64,000 bases of DNA from assembly GCA_964016885.1 (NCBI GenBank), contig OZ024746.1:82150001-82214000 (forward strand), read 5' to 3'. The notes under the pieces were generated by a model. That model ran no database searches. It saw nothing but the letters and a program-made list of their open reading frames with translations, and had not been told where the DNA came from. The translations under genes and the position numbers were made by a program. This document shows, piece by piece, positions 1 through 14,170 of the stretch (within the stretch, counting starts at the first letter, position 1; every line of letters begins with the position of its first letter). Source of the stretch: Eledone cirrhosa. Its lineage: Eukaryota.

Positions 1-1259
1 TAAAGCACCAGTAATGCACTGGGATAATTGCTGGCCTTGTGCCAAAAGTAGAAACAATTATTAACAACACGAATCTACTAGTAATACAATAATAATTTCT
101 ACTTGAAACATAATGACAATAACTTTTACTGGCACTTTATCTTATCGACCCCGGAAGGATGAAAAGCTAAATTGACGTCGGAGAACCATTTGTCCGATGC
201 TCTAAAGGACTCTGTTAATCTCTCACCCTCCCTATAATAATAAATAATAGTATCAGAATGTCTAGATAAATAAATTTTATTGTCATACTTCCTCTTATTT
301 TAAATATTTTCAGTTTATTTCATGCATTAGAAACATGATAAATTACACTGTTTTCCTTTAGATAAGATTTCTAAATGTTTGTGAATAGGCTTCTTTTAAT
401 TAGACTCTATAGATGTATTTCATTACTTCATACTATTGCTTTTTGTATGGCTTCTTTGCTTTCTTTGTATTCATTTCAACTCCCAAACGTTATCAATGTT
501 CGTTTCAATACAAGCTTATGCGTTATTGTAATTATACATGAATATAAGAAAAAAAGAATAATCTCGTTTTTATAAAGAAAAAAATAAATATTAAGGATAC
601 ATTAGCTTTTGTGTGTAAGAAAAAAAATCCTATAAATCATAATTTTTTCCTAATGGAATTTCTAATGGAATTTTTAATGGAATTTCGACAACCTTATCAT
701 AGTTTCTGGTGGATCGTGCTTTTCATGATTCGATTTAATTGTTAAAGTTTTTTTGTTTTTGTTTTTCCAAACTATTGCTGTATCATTTGTCAGTTTATTG
801 ACACAATGTGTAATGATTAATAGGGTTATATCGTTCTTTGCATTGATAAATTTATGATATTAGTTTCTAATAACTATTCCAAATATCAGCCAGTTATTTA
901 TCAAGCGGTTCAATATTGTTATTTTTCTCGCGGTTTTCTTCTCATCAAATTTGGCTATGAACTTCGAAAATGGTTGCAATCATCATACTAATGACTTCTA
1001 CTTTAGGCAAAAAGCCAGTAATGTTTGTGAGGGAGGGGAATTAAATCCACACCAGTACTTCACTGATACTTTATTTATCGACCCTTGAGGGATGAAAAGC
1101 AAAGTTGACCTCAGTGGAATCTGAACTCAAAATCTAAAGAGCTGTAAATACTACGAAGCATTTTGCGCAGCGCTCTAACGATTCTTCCAATCCATTATCC
1201 TTCAATAAGCTCTCAATAATTAAATTATAATAGCATTGATCGATACCAAACAAAATATT

Positions 1260-2480
1260 TTTGTAATGGCAGGCAACTTAGTGTTCACTGTTCAACAACT
1301 TCCCATGGGTTTGTAAACCCGTTACATAACCGAGTCATAACCGCAAACAATGAAATTAAGGATTTGTTACTCGCTTCTAAATCGTATCAGTTTTTATTCG
1401 ATCATCAAAATGACACTCGTAACGAAAATTAGATTCAGCTTACAATAATTTGTTCAACGATTTATCCTTGATAAAGCACCTGAACAAATGCCAAAATCTC
1501 TTTTTCATTCATAGATTAGATTCAGTTTTTGAATATCTTTAGTTTCGTGTAACGTGTTTCACCTACTACGGCAAATACTTTAATGAGCTTAAACTAGCAT
1601 CTTGAAAACTTTCCCGAATAATTAAATTAGTAAGAGATAACTCTTCATCGCAACATTGTTCACTGCCAGATTATTTTTGTAATCTATTTGTAGCATTTCT
1701 TACACTGAAACTATTTTCTATATTCCGATAACACAATGAGATAAGAACTTTCCATAAATTTCCTTCTAAAATTCCTTTCTCGTCTTTCTTTCATTCTGAA
1801 ATCAAGGCAATTTCCAAATTTTGAAAAACGATATAAAATGATATAAATATCAAACGTGTTGTAGAGGATCATTAATATTTTGGTTAAATTAATACATATT
1901 AGACGTCTATCATCAGCTAATGTATAATGTATTACTAATGTATAATGTATTACTAATGTATAATGTATTACTAATGTATAATGTATTACTAATGTATAAT
2001 GTATAATGTATTACTAATGTATAATGTATTACGTTTTATTTTGTAGGTGATAGTAGATATACTGATTGCCCAATAAAAACGTTTTTATATCTTCTCTAAC
2101 GATATTATGGATCGCTTTTCATATGTGAATGGAGTATCTTCTCCCCCAATTCTTGTCAGATACAGTGTGTTGTTTAAAGTTAGTTCCGAAGATTTGGAAA
2201 CCTTTTCGCAGACTAAGATTATAAATTCTTTTACAAGTTGTATATATTGTATAGCCGTCTCTGTTACGTTGGTATGAATACTGAACGATGGTGGTGACGG
2301 TGATGATAATGTTCAGTGTATTTACATATATCCGTTTTGTTGGGGTTGTTTTCTGTCACAGATTTTAGCTAAATAGGGGTCGTTTGATACAATATTACAT
2401 GAGTTAGATTAAGACTTGTTATATGTGAAAAAGACTTTTCAGGAAACGAAAGATTTTCCTTGAAACTTTTTAACCATCGG
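1260..2480 (-). pseudogene. Decayed Penelope-like element reverse transcriptase/GIY-YIG region
   Basis: Minus-strand fragments in PLE order: S.F.NV..TAIQYI (like SLFTNVP), TPFTY, ADD (like YVDD), NLIYE*KRDFGICS (like RA..ICS), then a VY..C segment; many stops and frameshifts; boundaries approximate. Confidence 0.45.
1917..2031. repeat. 18-bp minisatellite (ctaatgtataatgtatta) x ~6
   Basis: Direct tandem repeat seen in sequence. Confidence 0.9.
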
Positions 2481-3042
2481 TGGTTTAAGTCTGAGTGGAT
2501 TTTATTCCAGTAAGTTTATAACAGCTCCATATAACCGATAGAAAAACTTCCGAATCTTTCTTTGGTCCACTGGTGTGTGACATAAGATAGGTCACCAGTA
2601 TATTTGCCTCTACAGAAGCCATACTGGTAGTCATTGGGAAAGGGGATAGAGAGGAAGTGTGAGAAAGGAGGGAAGAGAGAGGAGAGAGGAGGGGTGAGAA
2701 AGACTCAACGTAATCGTTAATGACAGTTTCCTTTATTTTTACGACGTTGAAAGTGTAAGTAAATAGATCGGATGTTTGTAGAGAGAGAGAAGTTTCCCTT
2801 CTTCATACTGCCATACTGTGGCAGGTTTCTAAATATCAGTATACCTCGTTGTAGAAAAAGAAAGATTGAAGAGTTTGTCCAAAGAATGCTTCGATTAAAG
2901 AATTGATGTTGGAGTGTACATGATGCAAGTTCTGGTTAGATGTACAGTGAGTTGCACGTTAAAGCTAGTAAGCTTTTCTGAAGATGGAGTTGAAGCTATT
3001 AGTATGATCTGTAAGTGTCTTAAATGTTTGTGGGTTAGTTGT

Positions 3043-3045
<3 letters not shown>

Positions 3046-3135
<90 letters not shown>

Positions 3136-3270
3136 ACTCACACATACACACATACTCACACATACGTACATACATACATGCATACAGACACATACACGCA
3201 CGCATACACATGCACACACACTCACACACACATAAGTACATACATGCATACTTACATACACATGCACACA
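3046..3270. repeat. (CA)n and degenerate CA/TACA microsatellite, representative of dozens of (CA)n/(TA)n/(TACA)n/(GA)n/(GATA)n tracts in the window
   Basis: Directly visible; such tracts explain the [12 protein letters not shown] ORFs. Confidence 0.98.
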
Positions 3271-3843
3271 CGCGCGCATGTACTGTGCGCATACAATTGG
3301 AGTTACAGAATATATCAATTTATATCCAACATTTCAGATAATCTGAAGTAACGCGAGATATGGAGATGGAGAGATAGAAAGCACAGGAAAAAAGGAAAAA
3401 CAATGAAAAAGACGGGGAGAACAGGAGAGTGGAAATAAGATTCTGTAACATCTTGAGACAATGTGTCATTAAGAGTTGTTAAAATGACTCTGGTGGCAAG
3501 AGAAATTGACAATAGCGGACAATGGCGAGACAGATTTTCCGTATCATTATTCATATCTTTCATTCTTTCCGAGTAGATAATATAATTCCTAATCAGGTAG
3601 TAGTTGATACAATTGGTTGTTTCTTCCTACAAAATTTCTAGACTTATGCTGATATGAAAAATAATACAATTTTAAGCTGAAGAGAAACATAAGATACAAA
3701 CTGACTGTTATGCAGAAACTAAAAGTTTAAGAAATAGAGTAGGAGAGATAGAAAGTTGGAAAGAAAGCAAGGAAGTTAGAGATGAGAAGAGACAGAGAGG
3801 GAGGAGGAGGAGAGAGAGAGTGAGTGAGAGAAAAAGAGAGAAG

Positions 3844-4037
3844 GGCGGTGGATTGACAGATTTGAAAGAGCGTCGGACGCCATGCTTTGTAGCATAGAGT
3901 TACGCTCCTTTATGGTCTGAGTTCAAATTCCGCCAAGGTTAACTTTGCCTTTCATCCTTACGGGGGGTCGATAAAATAAAGTACCAGTAATACACTGGGA
4001 TAATTGCTGGCCTTGTGCCAAAAGTAGAAACAATTAT
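3844..4037 (+). mobile_element. tRNA-derived SINE, young subfamily
   Basis: A-box-like head, B box gagttcaaattcc, core ctttgcctttcatcct...ggggtcgataaaataaagtaccag (resembles the Meta/MESC-type SINE core, from memory), tail ccttgtgccaaaagtagaaacaattat; many older copies, e.g. ~995-1200, ~8050-8240, ~34600-34730, ~42070-42190, ~42550-42720, ~50990-51150. Confidence 0.85.
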
Positions 4038-4211
4038 GGTTCTTTACATTCTGAGTTCAAATCCCGCCATGGTCAACTTTGCTTTTCATCCTTCTGGAAT
4101 CGATAAAATAAAGTTCCAGTCACAAACTGGTATTGATTTAATCAACTTTGCAATTTCCACAAATTTGTAAGCCCTGTGCCTTAATTAGAAATCAATATTA
4201 AGGCGGAGAGA

Positions 4212-4383
<172 letters not shown>

Positions 4384-4847
4384 CAGTAAGTAGTAGAGTA
4401 GTAGAACATATTTTTGTCAGTATTGTGGTGATAGTGGAGAAGCAGGTGATAGCAATATACAAACGAAAGAAGGCGATGGCTACATACAAAAAAAATAGAG
4501 AGAGGAGATGAACATGATGAGGGATAGGAAGATGTTTAAAGTAAGTATTACGGGTGAGAAGATGTAACATACATACAAACATTTTCAAAGGAGCTCTTGA
4601 TATGTTTTTAAAAATGAAATACATTATATATTTAATTTAATGACTCAAGTGAAGCTTAAAACATATTTATGTTCACATAATATAGATAAATTCTGTTCCA
4701 ACCAGATTCAAAGTCATAATGTAAACGACGACTCTTAAATAATAAATGCAACTTCACATGTTCTCATATAATGAAGATAATTCAATCTCTGTGGAAGTCG
4801 ATGTCGTAAGATAATATAGGAATGAAAAGAAAGGAAAAATATAAAGC

Positions 4848-4915
4848 TGGCCACTATAGGACCAATAATATTCACGTTGTTAGTACGATGCTCTAATAAA
4901 CTGAATTAACCGGTC
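4848..4915 (-). pseudogene. tRNA-Ile(AAT)-derived pseudogene or SINE head
   Basis: Reverse complement gaccggttaattcagtttattagagcatcgtactaacaacg...gtggcca aligns with eukaryotic tRNA-Ile GGCCGGTTAGCTCAGTTGGTTAGAGCGTGGTGCTAATAACG...GGCCA; T-arm damaged. Confidence 0.5.
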
Positions 4916-5051
4916 TTTCATTGTCTTGACTTTATAAATTTAAAAGTAGATTGGACAGCAACACAGACAAGCATTTATATATACATGTATGCATACATAC
5001 AGACACATACAGACACACGCGCACACACACGCGCACACAGACACGCACACA

Positions 5052-5266
<215 letters not shown>

Positions 5267-5398
5267 GTGAGGTATTTTTTACAAAATGAAAAATAACCGA
5301 GGTGTCCTACACGAGTGAAAGTATAAAGAAAAAAAGGATGAAATCGAAAATGCAACTGGAGTCTTATTTTTTTTTTAAATATATATATTTATTTGGTT

Positions 5399-5436
5399 CC
5401 TTTACCGGTTTCGCAGTTCTTCTGCTTTTTAAAAGG
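5399..5436 (-). ncRNA. Minimal type I hammerhead-like motif with variant core, in a PLE-like fragment
   Basis: rc: cctt-TTAAAAA-gcag(aagaa)ctgc-GAAA-ccgg-TA-aagg; stems I and II pair; stem III is a palindromic tetramer. Confidence 0.6.
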
Positions 5437-5469
5437 TGAGTTGAGATGGAGGGTCTGTGGTTTTTCTCA

Positions 5470-5504
<35 letters not shown>

Positions 5505-5529
5505 ATATATATATATATATATATATATT

Positions 5530-5845
5530 TAACAAAATAGAGGTGTAACACACGAGTTGTGATATATTAGTAAAAGGAAAAAGAAAAGAAAATGCTGACA
5601 AATTTTTCCCAGTGAAAAATAGTTTAATTAGGAATAAGTATAAATTAGTAATAAGTATTGGTTAGTATTAAGGTTTAGTTTTAAGTATTTACCGGTTGCG
5701 CATTTCTAATGCTTTTCAAAAATAATTTTGAGATAGAGCGCTCGTGTAACCAATACTTATTACTAATTTATACTTATTCCTAATTAAACTATTTTTCACT
5801 GGGAAAAATTTGTCAGCATTTTCTTTTCCTTTTACTAATATATAT
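5530..5845 (-). mobile_element. PLE-like non-coding element with ~100-bp inverted arms and degenerate HHR (5686-5724)
   Basis: Arms 5562-5664 and 5747-5843 are reverse complements; rc HHR tattt-TTGAAAA-gcatt(aga)aatgc-GCAA-ccgg-TA-aata; (TA)n on both sides. Confidence 0.65.
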
Positions 5846-5859
5846 ATAGAGAGAGAGAA

Positions 5860-6034
5860 GAGTTTCTACAGGACTAGGACTGTTTCATTCGTGAGAAATC
5901 ATAGCTCCCTGATGATTTCTCACGAATGAAACAGTTCTAGTCCTGTAGAAGCTCAACTATATTAAAACTTTTATACTCTACAATGTATTGACTACCTTAC
6001 TTACTGTGGTTACCTCCGATTCAACCCAGAATAA

Positions 6035-6037
<3 letters not shown>
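5860..6037 (+). mobile_element. HHR fold-back element, family A (HHR 5903-5953)
   Basis: agctcc-CTGATGA-t.ttc(tcac)gaa.t-GAAA-cag(ttctagtc)ctg-TA-gaagct, preceded by its own inverted copy; homologous to 12746-12946; ends in (TA)n. Confidence 0.8.
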
Positions 6038-6106
<69 letters not shown>

Positions 6107-6739
6107 CCGAAATCAAAGAACTCAACACATCATGGCTACTTCTATAGCTAAGATGTTTTTTCCTTTACTCAGTCAACATTCGCCTCTACAACATACATAC
6201 CACAAATTATTTAATTTAAAAAATACTGTATAGACTCCTACTGTACAAAATCTAATTTAGCTAAACTAAATTATAAGAGATCTAGTATATTATATTAAAA
6301 TAGAGATAGTTGCAATAATTGTAATTGAATGAACCCCAATGGCTGTACTTTTAATTCTAATTCCATAATTGACTAAAATGTCTAGTGAGAATAAAATTTT
6401 ATATCAAGCATATATTGACTTAACTGCCAATACTTTCCTATATTTCCAAAACACACATCTCATCACGTAGCTGAACGGCAGCTATTCACATTACGATTTA
6501 CAACGGAGCACATTGGCTATATCCAGATTTTATACCGGTAATACAAAGCCCTGAAGTGGTGGAGCTTCTATTTATGAAAAACCGCTGATAAATAATAATT
6601 CGAAGAATTTCGGCGCATGTGACCACTGGTATAGCTATTTTGTAACGCCTTTTCTACAATTTTTTTAACTTTTTACTTCACTTTTGCGATAAAATTCGAA
6701 TCTCTATATTTTTCCTGCTTTTTTTTTCATCGCATAGCC

Positions 6740-7365
6740 TTGAGAGATCTTTCTAGACTCATTGCTTCATTCGACCAACCTCCCAGAGCAGGGGGTTTCC
6801 ATACGGTCTCCCGATTGGCGATTCAGTCAGGTTTGGTCCTGAAATCTCTAATCAATACCAATGAAGTTTCAGGTCTACAGTGGACATTATTTTACTCCAT
6901 CAGCTGCCATAAAGACTCTGTCGGTGACATCCCTTGATATGTTGCTCTTAATGATATTGTTGAACCTGGTATTAACGCAGCCAGAACCGACTTAGATTTA
7001 CTGAAAGAACATCAAAAGGACGGATGCCGGCACATGCTTCTCGAGGCAGTAAGTTCTTAATCTGGGATGTGAAGTGCAGCGATATCTGCTTTGGCGGCAA
7101 CTGGGTGAAATCAATGTTAAACCCAGACCTGGTAGTTCGATAAGCTGAAGATTGCTAACTAACAAAGTACAGGATGCTCTCCAATAACTTTCTTGTCCAA
7201 CTCAGAGTAGACATCTGCTGTCCTAGACCACAAAATGTCTCCCTACTCACTTCAATCGGGAACAAGTCTTTCAAGATGAACTGGCTCATTGAGCACATCT
7301 CTCTCAGTAGCTCATTCGCCATTTTGTCTATCGGGGCTATGAAACATTTGCAAGACACGCCATGA
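6740..7365 (+). pseudogene. CRE-like non-LTR retrotransposon 3' remnant (restriction-like endonuclease region)
   Basis: Fragments SISCHK..G, VALNDIV, GSKFLIWDVKCSD, SLLTSIG..NWLIEHISL match the CRE-type C-terminus (H.LSC..GRH.ALND; WDVTC.D; WL.QR.SL). Confidence 0.5.
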
Positions 7366-7496
7366 CTTCTTTGCTTTTGAGATAATCAAATTATTAATGA
7401 TAACAGAGAGCGAAATATCTGGTATGTATGTATATAGTAGTGCTTCACTTCCTTTACGGATATATGCTGGCTGGAATTATAATATGTAAAAGGATA

Positions 7497-7541
<45 letters not shown>

Positions 7542-10500
7542 GGGGGGGGGGTTACTACTATATATGTTTTCTTATGTTTTCAATTAGTTAGCAATGATTG
7601 TGATTTGTTTAATAACAGACAGAATATTTCACTGAAGTTATATTGGTGATTTCTTCTTATAATGGAAGCGTATGTGAAAAGAATACATTAGTTTTTGCTG
7701 TGTAACTTTATGGTCTATTACAATGCTACTATAATAAGATGACATAAACTAGTATGTTTCTTCAAGTGTAAATAATTAGTATTGTTCACTATAACTGTGT
7801 TATATTTCAAAAACTATTTTATTCAGTTCCTTAATTTAGACGAATAGTTGTTGTCGGTGGTCCCTTAGCTCAATGACAATAGCACCTAACCGATATCTGC
7901 GACATCTTCGTAGATGCTACTAACAACATGTTTAGTCTCTTAGGTCTTTACTCAATTTTTTATAAGCTATTTCAGAGCAATTGACTGGAATTGCTAATAA
8001 TTTTTATTATCAATGGGGTCCGAATAATATTTTGTGTATTATATAATGGTTCCTAACATAAGCACCAGGCCAGCAATTTGAGGGGAGAGGAAAGTTGGTT
8101 AAATTGACCCTAGTACTGGACTGGTACCTTATTTTATCAACCACGGAAAGATGAAAAGCAAAGTTAACCTCGGCGGTATTTGAACACCAGAACGTCGTGC
8201 TAGAAAAAGCCACCACAAAATCTTTGTCCGTCACCTTAACAATTCTAACAATACACCATCCTCGTGTGTTTGTATAATAATGAGAGACAAAATATTTGTG
8301 AACCATTATTTTCTCGCTATTATTCCGGTTAGATCATTCTCTTGACTTAATTTTCATCCTAGGCCTAATCGATTGTTTGTATTTCAATGATCACATCTAC
8401 GTAGTTGGAAAGTTTTTAACTGAGAGTTAAATGGTACTCTGTCTCACAATCTACTGTCACTTTCAAGTAATATTCATCTCTTTCTAATAAGTTATTTCAC
8501 GTTCTCACTAAGTCCTGATTTTCTTTAAAATCGCTAATGTTTTTCAGAAAAATACGAGACCGAAACTCGGATTTAGCAATTTAACCTGCTCGAGCTAACT
8601 TAGCTCAATTTCTGTTGATTTTTTGTTGCTAATGATTCTATTCGAAAAGTTTAAATAACGTCATCACTGAACTTTGAAAGAATGTTGCTACCAACACTAT
8701 GGTGAGAACAAAAGATTTAATAGAAAGTGCAGGCGGTTTTAGATATTTAATCAGTGGTGGTTCATTTAGAAAGTAATTTTATATGTTTTTTGTTGTTTTC
8801 GATTTATTTTCATCTCCGTAATTGTCCCCTTCTATTTTTCATACCGATCAATAAACGGAAATTACTCCCATGCCAAAACAATTTGTATATATCGAAAGCC
8901 GTTTTAGTAAAAAATAAATGAATAAAACATTTAGCGATACCATAAAAACAGAATTTAAGTGAAAAAATATAGAGTAAGACTGATTTTTCATAAATTACCC
9001 AAGATATGTTAGTCTCAATGGAAATTAAACATAATGTTGATGCAAATTGAAAACTTATTTATATTATAAAAGCTACTAAATTACTAAAAAAAAAAGGGTA
9101 GACATAAAAATGAAATTAAATAGATAGAAATTTTCTGTTAAGCAAAACTAATACAAATAATTCTTCGAGAATTAGTGAACGAAAAGGGGAAACCTAATAT
9201 AAATTAGGTTGACCTATAAGACAGTCAATTGTATTTCATTTTAAACTGTAAGACGCGCATATTTTGGACCACTCGCCAATCTTTTTATTGCCGGTATCAT
9301 TTATAAAGCCTCAAAATTACAATGCAGAATCTTTAAGATATGTAGCCAGACCAGATATTGAAAATGTTTCAATCACATAAGAAAATACAATTACTTCTTT
9401 ACCAAGCGAGTGAAGAAATTACAGAACAAATGAAGGAGCTTCTATGTGGTCGCTCGACCTGCCGCAAACAACAGCCAAATGTCCTTCACATCACACCCTA
9501 CCGCCTGAAAAGAAAAGACACATTGGGTAGTGTAATGTATGTGACTCACTAAAGCGTTCGAGGCATGACCATCTCAACAAATACGGAATGGTCATAGCTT
9601 GAATGTTTTTTTTTTAATCAGGGTCGACTTGGGCTTCATCAACAACAGATACAACATATATAATAGGATGCATAACCAAATATATAGACACATACGAAAC
9701 TAAATATACACACACAGGCAAGCCCTATTTTAAACACAACTCCAAACCTTTGTAAACCAGGCAAATACTGCCAAACTCTTAATTCCGACCGAACTACTAT
9801 ATACCATACATAGCATAAAGTAAAAATAAAATCCACGCCCTTCAGAAACACCACTAAATACACTCTTATGCATAACAATAACCAATCCCTCTCTAATTAC
9901 TGGTACAGAGTTGTCTTCAGGCTGCATTGTCTTATTATGTGATTTTTGTGACCACCACTACAATCAGTAGTGCACTCTTTACCGAATCTATCTATAAACC
10001 ACCAAAAATAAAAGAGAAAGGAAATTAAACTACATTATACTCAATCTAAATAAATTAATTAATTAATTAATTAGTTAAAAAATCCGCCACCAACAATTAC
10101 AGATAAGCTAAATACTCTCCTTGAAGAACAATTATCTTAACATTTAATTAAAATAGAATTTAACCGAAATCAAATCACAAAGCCTCATCTTTATATAACT
10201 CAAATTAGCCCACCCTGAGCACATCCAATACAAACAGAACTAACATTAAATAATAATAAACACACTAAACTGCTTACCATAAATAAAAATCTTGCAGCTA
10301 ACACCTAACTTAAAATCACCAAAATATACCAAATCTCACCAAAATATACCACTCACTTAACGATTAAATAAGTTGGGATCAACTTAAATCAAAACATCTT
10401 AATTACCAATTAACCAAAATCAAATAACCTTCCCAGCTGGGTTATTTAAAGTAAATGATTGTTTTACACACATCAATATGCATTTATTAGCAGAAGAAAT

Positions 10501-10559
10501 TCTGCTGGATTTCAAAATTATTAACAATCTGCTATCTTTTCCCTACAAAGTGTGACAAT

Positions 10560-11571
10560 TAGGAGTTCGCTTCAAACCGTGTGGTTCCGGGTGAAGCAAA
10601 CTGCATCGGATGACCGATCTCTGACAATAAATCCGAGATATAATTACAAATAATATTCCACTGAATGGACATATACGTGGAAGAACGCGTCGGAAAAATG
10701 TTCCCAACTTTTCTTTAAGAGTAAGAGTTTTAAACTCTAGAACTGTACAGCGCTTACTCTTTGGTGGAGGTCTTAAAGCAATAATAATGTGAAAAACACA
10801 CCTGAATTTACTTCAGAGAAGAAAGCAGGTTTAATGGGCAATGAACATAAAGGACGGAGGATAGAAGATTAAAGGACGGAGGATAGAAGTCATATGAACT
10901 GATGAGATGAAGGTTTCAATTTTCCGAAGTGATGGATTGAAATATATGAGGTGCAGACCAACTAAAGATTTCTTACCTTACTGTATTGCAACAACAGCAA
11001 AATGTTGTGTCGGTGTAATGCTGTGAAGTTACATATTTGGCAGAGGTATCAGCTTTGTTGAAATTATTCATGAAAATGTTAATTCTAAAAAGCTATTTTG
11101 GAAATGAAAATACTCAGTCTGGTTTCCACAGGATTCAAATGAAGAAATTATTCAGCAAACCATGCAGAATAGAATCCGCTGTAAAATGGTTGAAAGCCAT
11201 AAAATAAACCTTCTAAAATGTCCGAGAAACAGCGCCGATCTTTGATCAATAAAGAAATTATAGTCAAGACTCAAGAGACTGGTATTGGTTTGAAAACCAT
11301 GCAACAGAACTCAGTTGAAAGAATCATCGGTACTTCTTTGAAATAATAAATCATGAATGGTTGGGAAATCTTATTACTTCCATGCCAAGAAGAAATGATG
11401 CGGTAATCAAAGCAGCGGATTATACTTCGAATTACCATAATGTATGGTAACATTTTACATATCTTTAGCTTAGACCAATATATACGTATTTTAGTATAGT
11501 TAAATCTCAAAGGTGTCATTTTTAGTAAAAGAATAATGTCAGGTTTAAAGTAACAGGGATTAGAGAACACT
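10560..11571 (+). mobile_element. Tc1-family DNA transposon fossil
   Basis: KCPRNSADL*SIKKL resembles WPGNSPDLNPIENLW (11217-11263); SMPRRNDAVIKAADYTSNY resembles SMPRR..AVI.A.G..TKY; DE.K..SDG upstream; ends in cactg; left boundary approximate. Confidence 0.75.
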
Positions 11572-11702
11572 GAAATAACCTTTAAAGATACTACATAAAT
11601 AATTATGAGCTGAAAAGCGACATAAAGCTAACAAATGCGTGAAAAAAGTGTCAAGAAATTTGCCCAGCACTATGAGTATACATATACTTACACATATGTA
11701 TG

Positions 11703-11745
<43 letters not shown>

Positions 11746-11791
11746 TCTTTAAGGGTATGTCAATATTTATTTATTAAACTGATCTATATTA

Positions 11792-11856
11792 TATTTTATC
11801 TGATGAAAGCGCACCATAATTTGACTTGGTGTCCTTGAAATATGTATAATGAAATA
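11792..11856 (+). ncRNA. Type I hammerhead ribozyme, family B
   Basis: tattttat-CTGATGA-aagcgcacca(...)tggtgtcctt-GAAA-tatgta-TA-atgaaata. Confidence 0.75.
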
Positions 11857-11911
11857 AATATGGTTTTATAAATATAGTTTCCATTTGTTAATATATCGTA
11901 TATATATATCG

Positions 11912-12325
<414 letters not shown>

Positions 12326-12330
<5 letters not shown>

Positions 12331-12714
12331 GATATTAAACAAATGGAAACTATATTTATAAAACCATATTTATTTCCTTATACATATTTCAGGGATACCA
12401 TATTAAAAATATGGCATGCCTTCTTCAGATAAAATACAATATATAAGCAGTTTTATAAATAAATTTGACGTACCATAAATATTGATCAACTTCCATGTGC
12501 GAAGTTGGTTTGGTATTGTATTTTATCTGAAGAAGGCATGCCATATTTTTAATATGGTATCCCTGAAATATGTATAATGAAATAAATATGGTTTTATAAA
12601 TATAGTTTCCATTTGTTTAATATCGTATATCTACTCCAACACTTGTTGAGTGCTTTATATTAGTTATAAAATATTTACTTGTTGTAACCCAACAATTTTA
12701 AATAAAACTTTTGC
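12326..12714. mobile_element. Family B element with inverted pair of hammerheads (- 12371-12436; + 12519-12584)
   Basis: Arms 12326-12441 and 12514-12630 are reverse complements; + HHR tattttat-CTGAAGA-aggcatgccatatt(ttt)aatatggtatccct-GAAA-tatgta-TA-atgaaata; (TA)n flanks. Confidence 0.8.
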
Positions 12715-12745
12715 ATATATATATATATATATATATTTTTATTTT

Positions 12746-12946
12746 TTTTTATTTTATAGAAGGAGCTTCTACAGGACTAGTACTGTTTCATTCAGATGAA
12801 ATCTTCAGGAAGCTCCTGAAGATTTCATCTGAATGAAACAGTACTAGTCCTGTAGAAGCTCCTTCTATAAAATAAAAACATTTTACTCTGCCATGTATTG
12901 AGTACCTTACTTACTCTGGTTATCCCCGACTCAACCCGGGACCTAC
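12746..12946. mobile_element. Family A fold-back element; complete type I HHR on - strand (12762-12816) overlapping a + copy (12809-12862)
   Basis: rc ggagcttc-CTGAAGA-t.ttca(tc)tgaa.t-GAAA-cag(tactagtc)ctg-TA-gaagctcc with a perfect 8-bp stem I; palindrome spans 12746-12878. Confidence 0.85.
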
Positions 12947-12978
<32 letters not shown>

Positions 12979-13737
12979 GTATATATATATATATACCACA
13001 TATAAATTCACGGAAACATCTAATGCATTTATATGAATTTATATATCCATGAACATATGCATTCGAACATTTGCACGTAGAAAATTGTGTGAGAGAGAGA
13101 AAGAGGGTGGAAAAGAAATGGAGTAGGACATACTAAGAAAGAGAGTGGTGAAGAATCAGAGTGGGGAGGAGAGAAATATATCATTTAGAATACAAAACCA
13201 CAGTAAACCTCTATAAAAAGAAATGTTTCCATAAGAAATTTCTATGATTGCATCGGAGGTGAATCTATAAATACGCAACTCTTTAAAAATTGGTGAACGG
13301 TAAATATATTTTTGACAGTAAGAGGTATTTTACACAACGGAAATATATGTATATAAAGAATTATTTCTCCGGTGCCTTACGTTTTGGTGTAATAAAAAGA
13401 CTAAAGATATAAATAGCAATGGTTGATTCTATTATCTGTGTATTTCAGTGGAAATAATTATTGTTTCGTATTTCGTGAAATATGTAAGTAGGGCTTCAGG
13501 AAAATGATATTTTCCGATGACACTTCTTATTTTTAAACAGGAAGAACTCAATTCGGGTTAGATAGGGGTTAACAACTTGGGTCAAATTTACATTAGCGCC
13601 TATTTTATATTATACGCACGTATGATGGAGTGGTGCAGCACATACACATGCACGCATATAATTTTACAAGATGTGATGTATAAAACACACAGAACCACTC
13701 ACACGTACACGCACACATGTATACATATATATATAAA

Positions 13738-13779
<42 letters not shown>

Positions 13780-13889
13780 CACACACATGCACATACTCAC
13801 CCTTGCATACATTCTCACATATAGACAGATATGCACACACACACTGATATAAGTAAATATATATAAATACACATATATAAATGTACATT

Positions 13890-14170
<281 letters not shown>

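Noticed and set aside
9860-10010. PHD-like CDFCDHHYNQ*C motif
   Set aside because: Possibly a CR1/L2 ORF1 relic, but short, interrupted and unsupported by neighbouring motifs
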